From Candidatus Cloacimonadales bacterium (GTDB lineage Bacteria > Cloacimonadota > Cloacimonadia > Cloacimonadales > JAIOQZ01), in NCBI GenBank assembly GCA_963662655.2, contig CAXXTU010000002.1, positions 3,392,001 through 3,456,000 on the forward strand: DNA of 64,000 nucleotides. The letters are read 5' to 3'. Position 1 is the first letter of the stretch, and each line of letters opens with the position of its first letter. Both the position numbers and the translations under genes were made by a program. Shown here piece after piece: positions 9,926 to 18,032 of this stretch. The notes below the pieces were generated by a model, which saw nothing but the letters and a program-made list of their open reading frames with translations, made no database searches and had not been told where the DNA came from.

Positions 9926-9953
9926 ATTATAATATCTCGTCATACCATGTCAA
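9926..9953 (-). promoter_or_regulatory. Sigma70-type promoter
   Basis: TTGACA-N16-TATAAT on minus strand. Confidence 0.75.
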
Positions 9954-10002
9954 GCGTTTTATCATCTGAACCATGTTTTTTTCACCATGGGGTTACATGG
10001 TC

Positions 10003-10044
10003 TTATTCTGCTTTTATTCTGCTTTTATTCTGCTTTTATTCTGC
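10003..10044. repeat. 11-bp tandem repeat (TTATTCTGCTT), about 3.8 copies
   Basis: Directly visible in intergenic DNA. Confidence 0.9.
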
Positions 10045-10115
10045 ATATATTCAGATTTGCAGAAAAGGAAAAAACGTTGGTTGTGGGGTGTAATATCTGT
10101 TTCGATAGTGGAGAC

Positions 10116-10147
10116 AAAAAGAAGCCGGCCCATCTGGACCGGCTTTG
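10116..10147 (-). terminator. Intrinsic terminator after phage dnaN
   Basis: AAGCCGG..CCGGCTT stem with a T-run on the minus strand. Confidence 0.6.
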
Positions 10148-10174
10148 TGCGTGTTGACGTGCTGTTACGGATTG

Positions 10175-11344
10175 CTATAAGTTTCGTAAAGGCATGATGA
10201 GGATTGTTTTATCATTGCCCAAATCTCCCCGCTGAATAAGGCAGCCGTGTTGATTGTTGCCCGACGAGCGTAAAACCAATGATTCATCACTAAAGGTGTT
10301 CAGCATTTCCTTGAGGAACGAACCATTGAAAGCGATTTGCAGGATGTTCCCCGGCTGATTGTGATTTGACTCGATTTCAATTTCGGTGGTGAATCCGTCT
10401 TTTTCGCTTCCAGCGCTGAAAACCGTTTTATGCTCGTGGATTTCCAGCCGGATTTTCTTTGCTTCCGTGCTCTTGAATGACGGTTCCATCTTCTTGACAG
10501 CATCCAGAAAGGTCTTGCGGTCAAAGACGGATTCGAAAGGCGTATCGGGAAAACACTTCTCGTAATCGGGGAACCGCCCTTGAATGATTGTCGAACGGAA
10601 CTGAAAGTCATAGGTTCCGACTTGATCAAGGATGACAGCGGTTACACGTGGCTTTTCGGCGCTTTTCGAAGTTACAAGGTTCAGGGTGATATCTTGCCAG
10701 CCTTTCAGCTTTGCAAACTGGTCGATGATTCCACCGTGCAGGATGAAATTCACGGTATCCGCGGGAACGTGTTCGGGCAATCCGGCGTCCATCTGGATTT
10801 CGAGAATCTTTTTGCCGTCCGTTGCACAAAATGCGATTCGATTCTCACCTTTCACCTTGACATTGATACCGGTGAAAATCGGTCGATTGCTTTCTTTCGA
10901 GAGAAACGGTTTCATCTTTTGGAGCATATCGAGGAACGCTGGAGCCGGGAACGTAAGGCAACCAAATATCCTTTCATCACTATGGAGCATTGAAACGTCT
11001 GGAAACCGTTCGGCGTCTTGTGTTGGTAGGGCGTACTTAACGCCGTCGGTGACGATGCTGAGATTTTCGCCTTGACTTTCGATCCAGATATCATCTGCTT
11101 TGATAAGCTTGACGATTTTTGAAAGGTCTTCGAGCTTCACGCAATAGGTTCCGGGGTTTTCGCAGACAGCCGGAACCTTTGCTTTTGTGGTCTGATCAAG
11201 GTTCGAGGATTCGAGTATCAAGCATTCATCGTTCGATCGGATCCGAATCGATTTCAAGATGAGCGGGTTGTTCTTTGCTTGCTTGACTTGGGTAAGGTTG
11301 ACGATTGCTTTCTTCAGGTCGGCGGTTTCAATCATTGCTTTCAT
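10175..11344 (-). CDS. dnaN: DNA polymerase III beta sliding clamp (prophage-encoded)
   Basis: 389 aa; SNLD, ATDGKK, GRFPDYEK, IAFNGSFLKEML and terminal LIMPLR match the beta clamp. Confidence 0.9.
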   Translation of the reverse strand: MKAMIETADLKKAIVNLTQVKQAKNNPLILKSIRIRSNDECLILESSNLDQTTKAKVPAVCENPGTYCVKLEDLSKIVKLIKADDIWIESQGENLSIVTDGVKYALPTQDAERFPDVSMLHSDERIFGCLTFPAPAFLDMLQKMKPFLSKESNRPIFTGINVKVKGENRIAFCATDGKKILEIQMDAGLPEHVPADTVNFILHGGIIDQFAKLKGWQDITLNLVTSKSAEKPRVTAVILDQVGTYDFQFRSTIIQGRFPDYEKCFPDTPFESVFDRKTFLDAVKKMEPSFKSTEAKKIRLEIHEHKTVFSAGSEKDGFTTEIEIESNHNQPGNILQIAFNGSFLKEMLNTFSDESLVLRSSGNNQHGCLIQRGDLGNDKTILIMPLRNL

Positions 11345-11365
11345 GATGAATTCTCCTTTGGTGTT

Positions 11366-11524
11366 TTATTGGTTGGTTGGTTGAATTTCTTTTACGTGGA
11401 TCGTATCGTCATCCTTCGAGTATTCACACAAGTCGCCGATTGTAGCGTTTGTGTTAGGATATCCTACAGCAGTAAGTTTTTCGCTGTCTGTCATAAACTC
11501 AGACCAGTTATTCATTGTTTTCAT
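11366..11524 (-). CDS. Small hypothetical protein
   Basis: AGGAG RBS before ATG 11524; fills the gap between ardC and dnaN. Confidence 0.5.
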   Translation of the reverse strand: MKTMNNWSEFMTDSEKLTAVGYPNTNATIGDLCEYSKDDDTIHVKEIQPTNQ

Positions 11525-11543
11525 GGTTTGTTCTCCTATTGGT

Positions 11544-12398
11544 TTATGCACACGATTTCAGGATGATTGCAGTTCTTTTCATGATGAAGTTAACTGCTGC
11601 ATCTGCATCTTTCGCAGCGCGGATAATTTGTGACGGGTCTTTTTCCAGGAAGGTGTTCCAGTGATCAATATAAGATGCTGATTGTCCTTCTGTGGCGGGG
11701 TTTGCAATTCCAGCGATTGAGCATAAAATCGCAGCGCCGATTTCCGCAACCAGTTCTTCATAAGCTCTTGACTTCGTGGTTCGGTCAATGTGATAGTTGC
11801 GGAGTGATTCACGGTCAAGGCGTGACTTGTGTCCGGTGCTGTGGATCATTTCATGAAAGATGGTTGAATAATGTGCAGCGTCTGATTCTCGAAAGCTTTC
11901 GTGTGGTGTTCTAATCCTGTCAGTCATTTGAGAATAAGCCGCGGTCGGTGTGTTGTGGGTTTCGATCGTAACCGGTGACATTTCAACGATTCTTTGCGCC
12001 TCTTCGAATCCATTCAGTACTTCAACAGGTTCGATCTGGTCAAAGGATATCGTGGTCTGTGATACGTTGAACACATGGTAATAACGCCAGACCAGATATT
12101 CTTGCAATTCGCCGTCCTCGTTTTCCTTATCGATTTCCTTACAGAAGAAAATCGCCGCCGCCTTTTCTCCGGTCTTGATGTTTCCGTCCATGGCTTTGAC
12201 TTGCTTGAATGTTAGAAAGCCAGGATGAGAAAATCCAAGCCATAAAAGGAAGGGAACGTTGCTACCTGAGTAATGACGACCAGATTCAAGGTTGTAAGGC
12301 ATCGGAACAGCGTAAGGCTTGCGCCATGGGTTAACGCCATTTTGGATTTGATCAAGGATTCTTTGCGTGACTTTTTCGGAAACTTTTGAACTTGCCAT
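11544..12398 (-). CDS. ardC: ArdC-like antirestriction ssDNA-binding protein with zincin-like domain
   Basis: PWRKP, PYNLESGRHYSGSN, FLTFKQ, YYHVFNVSQT, HEMIHSTGH, YEELVAEIGAA, ASYIDHW. Confidence 0.9.
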   Translation of the reverse strand: MASSKVSEKVTQRILDQIQNGVNPWRKPYAVPMPYNLESGRHYSGSNVPFLLWLGFSHPGFLTFKQVKAMDGNIKTGEKAAAIFFCKEIDKENEDGELQEYLVWRYYHVFNVSQTTISFDQIEPVEVLNGFEEAQRIVEMSPVTIETHNTPTAAYSQMTDRIRTPHESFRESDAAHYSTIFHEMIHSTGHKSRLDRESLRNYHIDRTTKSRAYEELVAEIGAAILCSIAGIANPATEGQSASYIDHWNTFLEKDPSQIIRAAKDADAAVNFIMKRTAIILKSCA

Positions 12399-12436
12399 TG
12401 TTATAACTCCTTGTTGTTTTTAGTATTTACGTTCTT

Positions 12437-12464
12437 ATTGTATTCTTTAGTAATACCATGTCAA
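12437..12464 (-). promoter_or_regulatory. Sigma70-type promoter for ardC-dnaN
   Basis: TTGACA-N16-TACAAT; shares CTTGACATGGTAT with the 9926-9953 promoter. Confidence 0.7.
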
Positions 12465-12897
12465 GGCTTTTCTTTGTGATCCGGCACTTTTTTATTAGAC
12501 AAAACCTACCTTCTGTTACCTACAGCATCAGATAACAACCCGCTGATATGGGGGGTGAGAGTGTCCTTGTGAATTTCGATAGGGGAACGAACTCAAGACT
12601 CAAGGGAAAGAGTGTTCCGAGAAGACGGTAAAGCCGGAACAGAAAGGCGAGAATGACCGCGAATTTCATGAGTGTATAGCTATATGACTAAGCGGAGTTC
12701 CGTAAAATAGAGGAACCGGAACAAGCCATATTGGGAGAATAAGGCAGGGGGGGGGGGCTTCGAAAACTCAGGAATTGCTTTCCTGAAATGTCCCCACTCG
12801 GATTCGCTCTGCCAACTTTTTGCAGGTTTGGGATATTTTCCTTGACGTGGTGACAATTGTCGTACAGAATTGATTTGAAATGTATTGGAGGTACGTA

Positions 12898-13062
12898 ATG
12901 CAGAGAACAGAGAGGATTCAGGTACGGGTATCCCCGATTGAGCGGGAGATGTTCAACAAGGTTCCGGGGGAAAGGGATTCGGACAAGTTCCGGTACCTGC
13001 TTTACAATTGGGACAAGAACCACAAGGAGGCTCGTAATGGGAAAGAAAGAAATCGTCGATGA
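12898..13062 (+). CDS. Small ribbon-helix-helix-like protein
   Basis: GGAGG RBS; RTERIQVRVSPIEREMF is an RHH-like strand-helix; upstream TTGACG with GACAATTGTC palindrome. Confidence 0.55.
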   Translation: MQRTERIQVRVSPIEREMFNKVPGERDSDKFRYLLYNWDKNHKEARNGKERNRR

Positions 13063-13747
13063 GATTGCGGCAATCTTCAAGAAGAATCATCTGAGCTACG
13101 ATCAGGCGACGAGTTATTCATCGCTGGCACGAAAACAGGCGGAAATCGAGAGACCGACACGAAAAAGGGCAAAAGCGGAAACGCCCACGCTCATTGTGAC
13201 AGGACGCTTTCTGCAGGAGATATCCAAGAAGGGTATGAAGCAACGACTCATGATGCGGATGCTTCTCTTCATGGCTTTTCGTTCGGACGAGTTTCTCGAT
13301 ATCAGGATTGACGATGTCGATCTCACGCCTGGACGGGAAAAGATATATGTGAGGAAACGCAAGAAAGGCCAGAGCGAATACTTTGCAATCCCATCCTTAC
13401 TGGTGGAACCGATCAGCTTCTACATCGAGACCGTAATCGGCAAGCAGGTTTACCTGTTCGAATCAGGCCCATGCAAGCGATATACAACGCGGGGATTGCG
13501 TCAGATGATGCAGCGTTGTAGAGATCAAGCCGGATTGCCCAAGACGCTTCATCCTCACTCGTTCCGGCACGTCACGCTGACGTTTCTCGCCGGTGAAGGA
13601 ATGAACACGTTCAAACTGAAGAACGTATCGGGACATCTTGACGAATCGTCATTGATACACTATACGCATACGAACCCTGAACACGTCCGGAGTGATCTCG
13701 ACCGAATGTTGCCCAAGCTGGATCAGATATTGAGAACTGTTGCATAA
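13037..13747 (+). CDS. Short tyrosine recombinase (resolvase-like)
   Basis: AAGGAGG RBS; catalytic R (AFRSDE), HSFRH, SGH, Y (LIHY); no arm-binding domain. Confidence 0.85.
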   Translation: MGKKEIVDEIAAIFKKNHLSYDQATSYSSLARKQAEIERPTRKRAKAETPTLIVTGRFLQEISKKGMKQRLMMRMLLFMAFRSDEFLDIRIDDVDLTPGREKIYVRKRKKGQSEYFAIPSLLVEPISFYIETVIGKQVYLFESGPCKRYTTRGLRQMMQRCRDQAGLPKTLHPHSFRHVTLTFLAGEGMNTFKLKNVSGHLDESSLIHYTHTNPEHVRSDLDRMLPKLDQILRTVA

Positions 13748-13799
13748 TACTTGACAATGATAATCCGGAACTTGAAGCTTCGTCAAAAGAGGAGGTTTC

Positions 13800-14348
13800 A
13801 TGATCAGGACAATAACCTTTTTGTTGTTGATGGGGATTTTTATGACGCTTTGCGCCAAGACAGACGAGTATCGTACGACCGATTACAACAGCCGATTGAT
13901 GAACAATCCCAACGCCACGAGCGATTCGGACATGCTGTGCCGGATCCCGAAAGGCACCAAGCTGAAGATCATCGAAAGCAAGGACGTTGTCCAGGGGATG
14001 ATGAAAAACCGCTGGTATAAGGTGAAGTACAATGGGAAAACCGGTTGGGTTTCGGGCTGGAACATGAGCGAACCGGAAGAACTCCATGTTATGACCGTTG
14101 AAGAACGAAAAGTGGAAGTGGAAAAATTGCTGGATTGGGACAAGGTGTATTTCGATATTAAAGAAGACATACGAAAGCGATGGGCAGGCGAGACGGTTAA
14201 ATTCGTCCAGGTGAAATCCGCTTACCAGGTAAATACATATTGGATTGTCTATGCGACCTACAGGACAGCCGGAAGATATATCGAAGAAAAATACTGGATC
14301 AAGGAAGACGGAACGATTCACAAGTATGAGTATCGAGAAAATTACTAA
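13800..14348 (+). CDS. Secreted SH3b-domain protein
   Basis: Signal peptide; IPKGTKLKII..WYKVKYNGKTGWVSG; own TTGACA, RBS and terminator. Confidence 0.8.
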   Translation: MIRTITFLLLMGIFMTLCAKTDEYRTTDYNSRLMNNPNATSDSDMLCRIPKGTKLKIIESKDVVQGMMKNRWYKVKYNGKTGWVSGWNMSEPEELHVMTVEERKVEVEKLLDWDKVYFDIKEDIRKRWAGETVKFVQVKSAYQVNTYWIVYATYRTAGRYIEEKYWIKEDGTIHKYEYRENY

Positions 14349-14376
14349 TTGAACAGCTTGCTTCAAACAATAGACA

Positions 14377-14405
14377 GACGCCTCCTCACGGGGGCGTTTT
14401 CTTTT
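14377..14405 (+). terminator. Intrinsic terminator
   Basis: GACGCCTCC-TCAC-GGGGGCGTT then TTCTTTT. Confidence 0.7.
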
Positions 14406-14648
14406 GGTTACACCTATAAAAAAAGAAGCTCGCATGTTCGCGCGCGTACGATGTGCATATAAACGCGAAGATGGTGTCACAAGTGTCACCACATAATATA
14501 AAAGACATACTTATTATATTATATATCAATACATTATATTAATTCTTCCTTGGTGACACTTTGGTGACAGTTGTGACAGTTGCGGGTGGTGTCCCGTCCT
14601 AAAATAGTTGACCAGCTTTTTCGTGTTTGATTTCATTTCGATTGCTTC

Positions 14649-15530
14649 CTACGCTGCGTTCAATATCTCGTTCGGTGTGCGGTAGCCCTGCGTGATGATG
14701 AGCCGTTCTTCGTTGTAGATCCGAACTGCTTCCTCTACGTACTTCAGCGCGTCGTCGAAGTCCCTGAATCTCCGTTCCAGCCCCAACTCGTGCTTCAGAA
14801 TCCCGTTGATGCGCTCCGCCTTGGCGTTGTCGTAGCACTTGCCCGGACCGGTCATGCTGGTGCGATAGCAGTAGCGTCGCAGCGCGTTCTGGAAGCAGGC
14901 GCTGGTGAATTGCGTACCATGATCGGAGTGGTGGATGCAGCCTTTGATATCCACGGCTCCGGCATTGCGCAACGACCTCATCGCCCGTTTCAGAGAGAGC
15001 GCTGGACCATGCGTGCGCAGGTCGGGCTGCAGCGAATATCCCAGGATCGCGTCCGAGTACTGATCCGAGGTCAGCGAAAGGTAGGCGAATCCGCGTTGCA
15101 AGCGGATGTAGGTGATGTCGCTCGCGATGATCTGGCCGACGCGGCGAGCGATGATGTCCTTCACCAGGTTCGGGTGTCGACTGCGGCTGCCCAGGCTCGT
15201 GCGGAGGTATGAGCGGTACGCCGTCGACAGCAGCCCGTAGTCGCGCAGGATGCCGAACAGCCGGTCGCGACCAACCTCGAGCCCGCGCGCCTTCAGCATG
15301 TATTGCAGCTTCCGCGCCCCGACGCGTGGCTGTTTCACGCGAATCTCGCGCACGGCGGATACGATCTCCTCCACCTCCGCCTGGAGCCGATGGAGCCGCT
15401 TCCTGTGCTGGTAGTAGCTCTGCTTGCTGCGACCGAACAAGCCGCAAATCACCTGCATGTTCGCGGCTACTTCTCTTTCTTTCGCGACAGCTCGACATTC
15501 GGTGACAACAGCGAACCAGTCTTTTTTTTT
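14649..15530 (-). CDS. IS3 transposase OrfB (DDE), reached by -1 frameshift
   Basis: SDITYI, HHSDHGTQF, NAKAERINGILKHE; A9G slippery site at 15521-15530. Confidence 0.9.
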   Translation of the reverse strand, partial: KKKDWFAVVTECRAVAKEREVAANMQVICGLFGRSKQSYYQHRKRLHRLQAEVEEIVSAVREIRVKQPRVGARKLQYMLKARGLEVGRDRLFGILRDYGLLSTAYRSYLRTSLGSRSRHPNLVKDIIARRVGQIIASDITYIRLQRGFAYLSLTSDQYSDAILGYSLQPDLRTHGPALSLKRAMRSLRNAGAVDIKGCIHHSDHGTQFTSACFQNALRRYCYRTSMTGPGKCYDNAKAERINGILKHELGLERRFRDFDDALKYVEEAVRIYNEERLIITQGYRTPNEILNAA

Positions 15531-15874
15531 GCGCTGTTGCCGTACTTGCGCTCGGTCACGTTCACGATCGCCTGCAACGCGCAGTTCTCCAGCACTTTCT
15601 CGCTCAACGCAGCCTGCAAATCCTGCACCTTCTTCTCCAGCTCCGCGATTGTCTTGTCCTTGTAATCTTCTTTCGCCATGCGACCTCGCTTTTGAGCTCC
15701 CTTGCGTCGCGCCGGCTTCACGGCGTCCTCTTTGATCCAGCGATACAGCGTGCGAACGGATATGTCGTACTGCTCCGCGAGCTCCGCCACGCAGTAGTCG
15801 CTCGTCAGCACGTGATGCAGAACACGCGCCTTCACCTCGCAACGCTTCGCCCGTCGTTTCACATTTTCTCCCAT
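15467..15874 (-). CDS. IS3 transposase OrfA (HTH plus coiled coil)
   Basis: VAELAEQYDISVRTLYRWIK; overlaps OrfB at SAKKK. Confidence 0.9.
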   Translation of the reverse strand: MGENVKRRAKRCEVKARVLHHVLTSDYCVAELAEQYDISVRTLYRWIKEDAVKPARRKGAQKRGRMAKEDYKDKTIAELEKKVQDLQAALSEKVLENCALQAIVNVTERKYGNSAKKKTGSLLSPNVELSRKKEK

Positions 15875-16071
15875 ACCTGAGCCTCCTTCGACCCAACGGT
15901 CAACCTATTTCAGGACGGGACAGTGGTGACGGCAAATGTGACGATCTGGTGACGGATTGGTGACACTTTCGAATTCGCTATAACCGCATGAGGTACTTAC
16001 ATTTACGGCAAAATTGTGACAGTGTGACAGTAAATTTCGATTCTATCTATACCCTTTTAGAGAAAAAAAGG

Positions 16072-16770
16072 TTAGAAGCTGCGTAGCAGATGGACAATGA
16101 CGTCAAAAGATTCTATTGCAGGCAGTTTCACTATATTCGACAGGTTTGAATGCTCGATCAATAGTTTCGTACCGTGGTTTCCAAAGACGACATTCATGAT
16201 CTTGTTGTCGTAAACGACGAGCATACCATTCTCGATTTCAGCGACCATTCGGGTGATGATCACATCCATATCTTCATAGGCTTGACCGTACATTTTCCCA
16301 TCCACGACCCAATATTTATACGCTTCAGGAATATCGATTAGCATGGAGACGGGGAGTCTGATTTCCTTTGGGGTTTCGAATATCGATTTCTCACCGGCAT
16401 CAATGATCCCGGCGAACTCGATGGGGTAGGATTTGTTAGGGGGAGGATTGCCTCTTTCCTTCTCCGTCCGCTGGCCGTATTGATCAACATGAATGATGGA
16501 ACTTTCGTAGGGAAACGCCTTGATTTCTTTGACACATGCAGTGTCATGCTTCTGCTCGAACGGCTTTCCTTCACCGGTTTCGAGCCAATGTATATTGACG
16601 TTGAACTTCACGTTGAGAAGTTCTTTTATGCTATCCGGCATATTTCGGACGTTTTTTTCGTAGTTCGAAATTGCGGTTGATTGTACACCCAAGAGCTTTG
16701 CCAGCTCGACCTGACTTTTTTTCAGCACATCCAACCTTAGATATTTCAAACGATTACCAATATTCATCAT
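16072..16770 (-). CDS. CI-like repressor (XRE HTH plus degenerate S24-like C-terminus)
   Basis: IGNRLKYLR..SQVELAKLLGVQSTAISNYEK..VNIHWLETGEG; divergent from the replication operon. Confidence 0.85.
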   Translation of the reverse strand: MMNIGNRLKYLRLDVLKKSQVELAKLLGVQSTAISNYEKNVRNMPDSIKELLNVKFNVNIHWLETGEGKPFEQKHDTACVKEIKAFPYESSIIHVDQYGQRTEKERGNPPPNKSYPIEFAGIIDAGEKSIFETPKEIRLPVSMLIDIPEAYKYWVVDGKMYGQAYEDMDVIITRMVAEIENGMLVVYDNKIMNVVFGNHGTKLLIEHSNLSNIVKLPAIESFDVIVHLLRSF

Positions 16771-16779
16771 GCTCCCAAC

Positions 16780-16875
16780 ATCCACATTGTGGATTTTCTG
16801 CTTGACATGTCTCCACAATGTGGAGTACATTTGTTCCTATATATAACATAATTGTGTAAAAAACAAATTTGTCAA
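16780..16875. promoter_or_regulatory. Switch region: two operators and opposing -35 boxes
   Basis: ATCCACA-T-TGTGGAT (16780-16794) and CTCCACA-A-TGTGGAG (16811-16825); TTGACA on + at 16802 and on - at 16875-16870. Confidence 0.7.
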
Positions 16876-16899
16876 CACAGAAATGTGGGGAGCACAAAC

Positions 16900-17241
16900 A
16901 TGAAAGCAATTTTGGAACTACAGATCAAGATGACCGGTGTTTGTGAAATGGATTCTATTCAGAATCTCAACGCAACGCCATTCGGTTGCGACTTGCAACG
17001 ACTTGCGGACAGCTTTTCGGGAAAACTATCGAAATACGACATTCAAACCATTTTCAGACTTCATCCGACATGCGTTGTAACGGCTGAGCTTACCGAACCG
17101 CAAACGTGCCATGAATGCCCCTGTTTCGATCCGAATGCCCGACCGAAATGCCAGGCAGGATATTTCAACGATGAAGAGATTACGGCGGAATACCGTCACC
17201 CCGCCTGTGTACGTGACTGGGGGAAAGCATGTCAATCGTAA
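16900..17241 (+). CDS. Hypothetical Cys-rich phage protein
   Basis: GGGAG RBS; CHECPCF..C motif. Confidence 0.6.
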   Translation: MKAILELQIKMTGVCEMDSIQNLNATPFGCDLQRLADSFSGKLSKYDIQTIFRLHPTCVVTAELTEPQTCHECPCFDPNARPKCQAGYFNDEEITAEYRHPACVRDWGKACQS

Positions 17242-17411
17242 AAGAGCATTTCGAGAAAGAGAAGCGCATTGCGAAAGCTGAGATTAAGAAGCTTTTGAAG
17301 AATGTCGAAGCTGTGAGAAGTGACAACGACACATATCCGACAAAATGCCTGGTGATGGATGTGATTCGTCAGCAGGTGGCACAACTCAACAAGGAGCACT
17401 TCAATGACTGA
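17229..17411 (+). CDS. Hypothetical phage protein
   Basis: Overlap-coupled small ORF in operon. Confidence 0.55.
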   Translation: MSIVKEHFEKEKRIAKAEIKKLLKNVEAVRSDNDTYPTKCLVMDVIRQQVAQLNKEHFND

Positions 17412-17787
17412 CATTATCGTGTTTTATTCTATGATCCTCGTCGCATTTGTCTGCCTGTACCTGATCAGTCGTGCATGGAACAAGGACGTTCATGACAAGG
17501 AAAGCTTCAGGACGGCTAAAATGGCGGCTGAGGATGCACTGGTTACCGTGAAGCATGAGAAACACATCCTGCAGCAATCATACGACCTTTCGGTACAATC
17601 CAGGACTGAACTCAAGAAGCGATTCGAGAAGAAAATCGAGAGGATTAACGAGCTTTGTCGTGAAAAATCAGAGCTGAAGAAGAGGGTAAAACTTCTTGAG
17701 GAAACCGCTAATCCACGCATAGTATTCGATGTGGATACTCAAAAGATGAGCCTGTCGCGCCGTGGCACCAAGCAAGGAGAGCTGTGA
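17404..17787 (+). CDS. Membrane-anchored coiled-coil protein
   Basis: N-terminal hydrophobic helix then heptad-rich region; AAGGAG RBS. Confidence 0.65.
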   Translation: MTDIIVFYSMILVAFVCLYLISRAWNKDVHDKESFRTAKMAAEDALVTVKHEKHILQQSYDLSVQSRTELKKRFEKKIERINELCREKSELKKRVKLLEETANPRIVFDVDTQKMSLSRRGTKQGEL

Positions 17788-18032
17788 TGGGTGCAAAGAA
17801 AGAAGCCGTGACGAAGCTCTCAAGACACCTGGCAATAAGAGAGATGAACAACATATCACTCGATCGTTATGCCCGTAAAATCTACGATGAGATTCAACGA
17901 GATGAGCTTATTGAAGAGATTCTCGACGATTTGGCCGAACAAAGCGAGGAACTAGACAACGTTTCCGACGAGATCGACTCCATTTTTTCACGACTCAAAA
18001 CATGGAGGAAAGAGCATGGAATACACACGTAA
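17784..18032 (+). CDS. Hypothetical phage protein
   Basis: AAGGAG RBS, overlap-coupled. Confidence 0.6.
   Translation: MMGAKKEAVTKLSRHLAIREMNNISLDRYARKIYDEIQRDELIEEILDDLAEQSEELDNVSDEIDSIFSRLKTWRKEHGIHT

Larger units (their letters stand above)
14590..15922 (-). mobile_element. IS3-family insertion sequence, 1333 bp
   Basis: TG...CA ends; IRs TGTCCCGTCCTAAAATAG-TTGACC and TGTCCCGTCCTGAAATAGGTTGACC; GTGG duplicated at 14586-14589 and 15923-15926; GC-richer than flanks. Confidence 0.95.
14474..16030. repeat. GTGAC iteron-like array with AT-rich core (candidate origin), split by IS
   Basis: GTCAC at 14476, 14485; AT-rich 14491-14550; GTGAC at 14553, 14564, 14573, 15926, 15938, 15949, 15960, 16016, 16024. 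Confidence 0.6.

Noticed and set aside
14599..15896. Extended 415-aa single-ORF transposase and the 299-aa overlapping ORF
   Set aside because: OrfA plus frameshifted OrfB explains the IS; the other readings have no recognisable domains
14474..16030. GTGAC repeats as a CRISPR array
   Set aside because: Units are 5-12 bp with no spacer-length unique sequences and no cas genes
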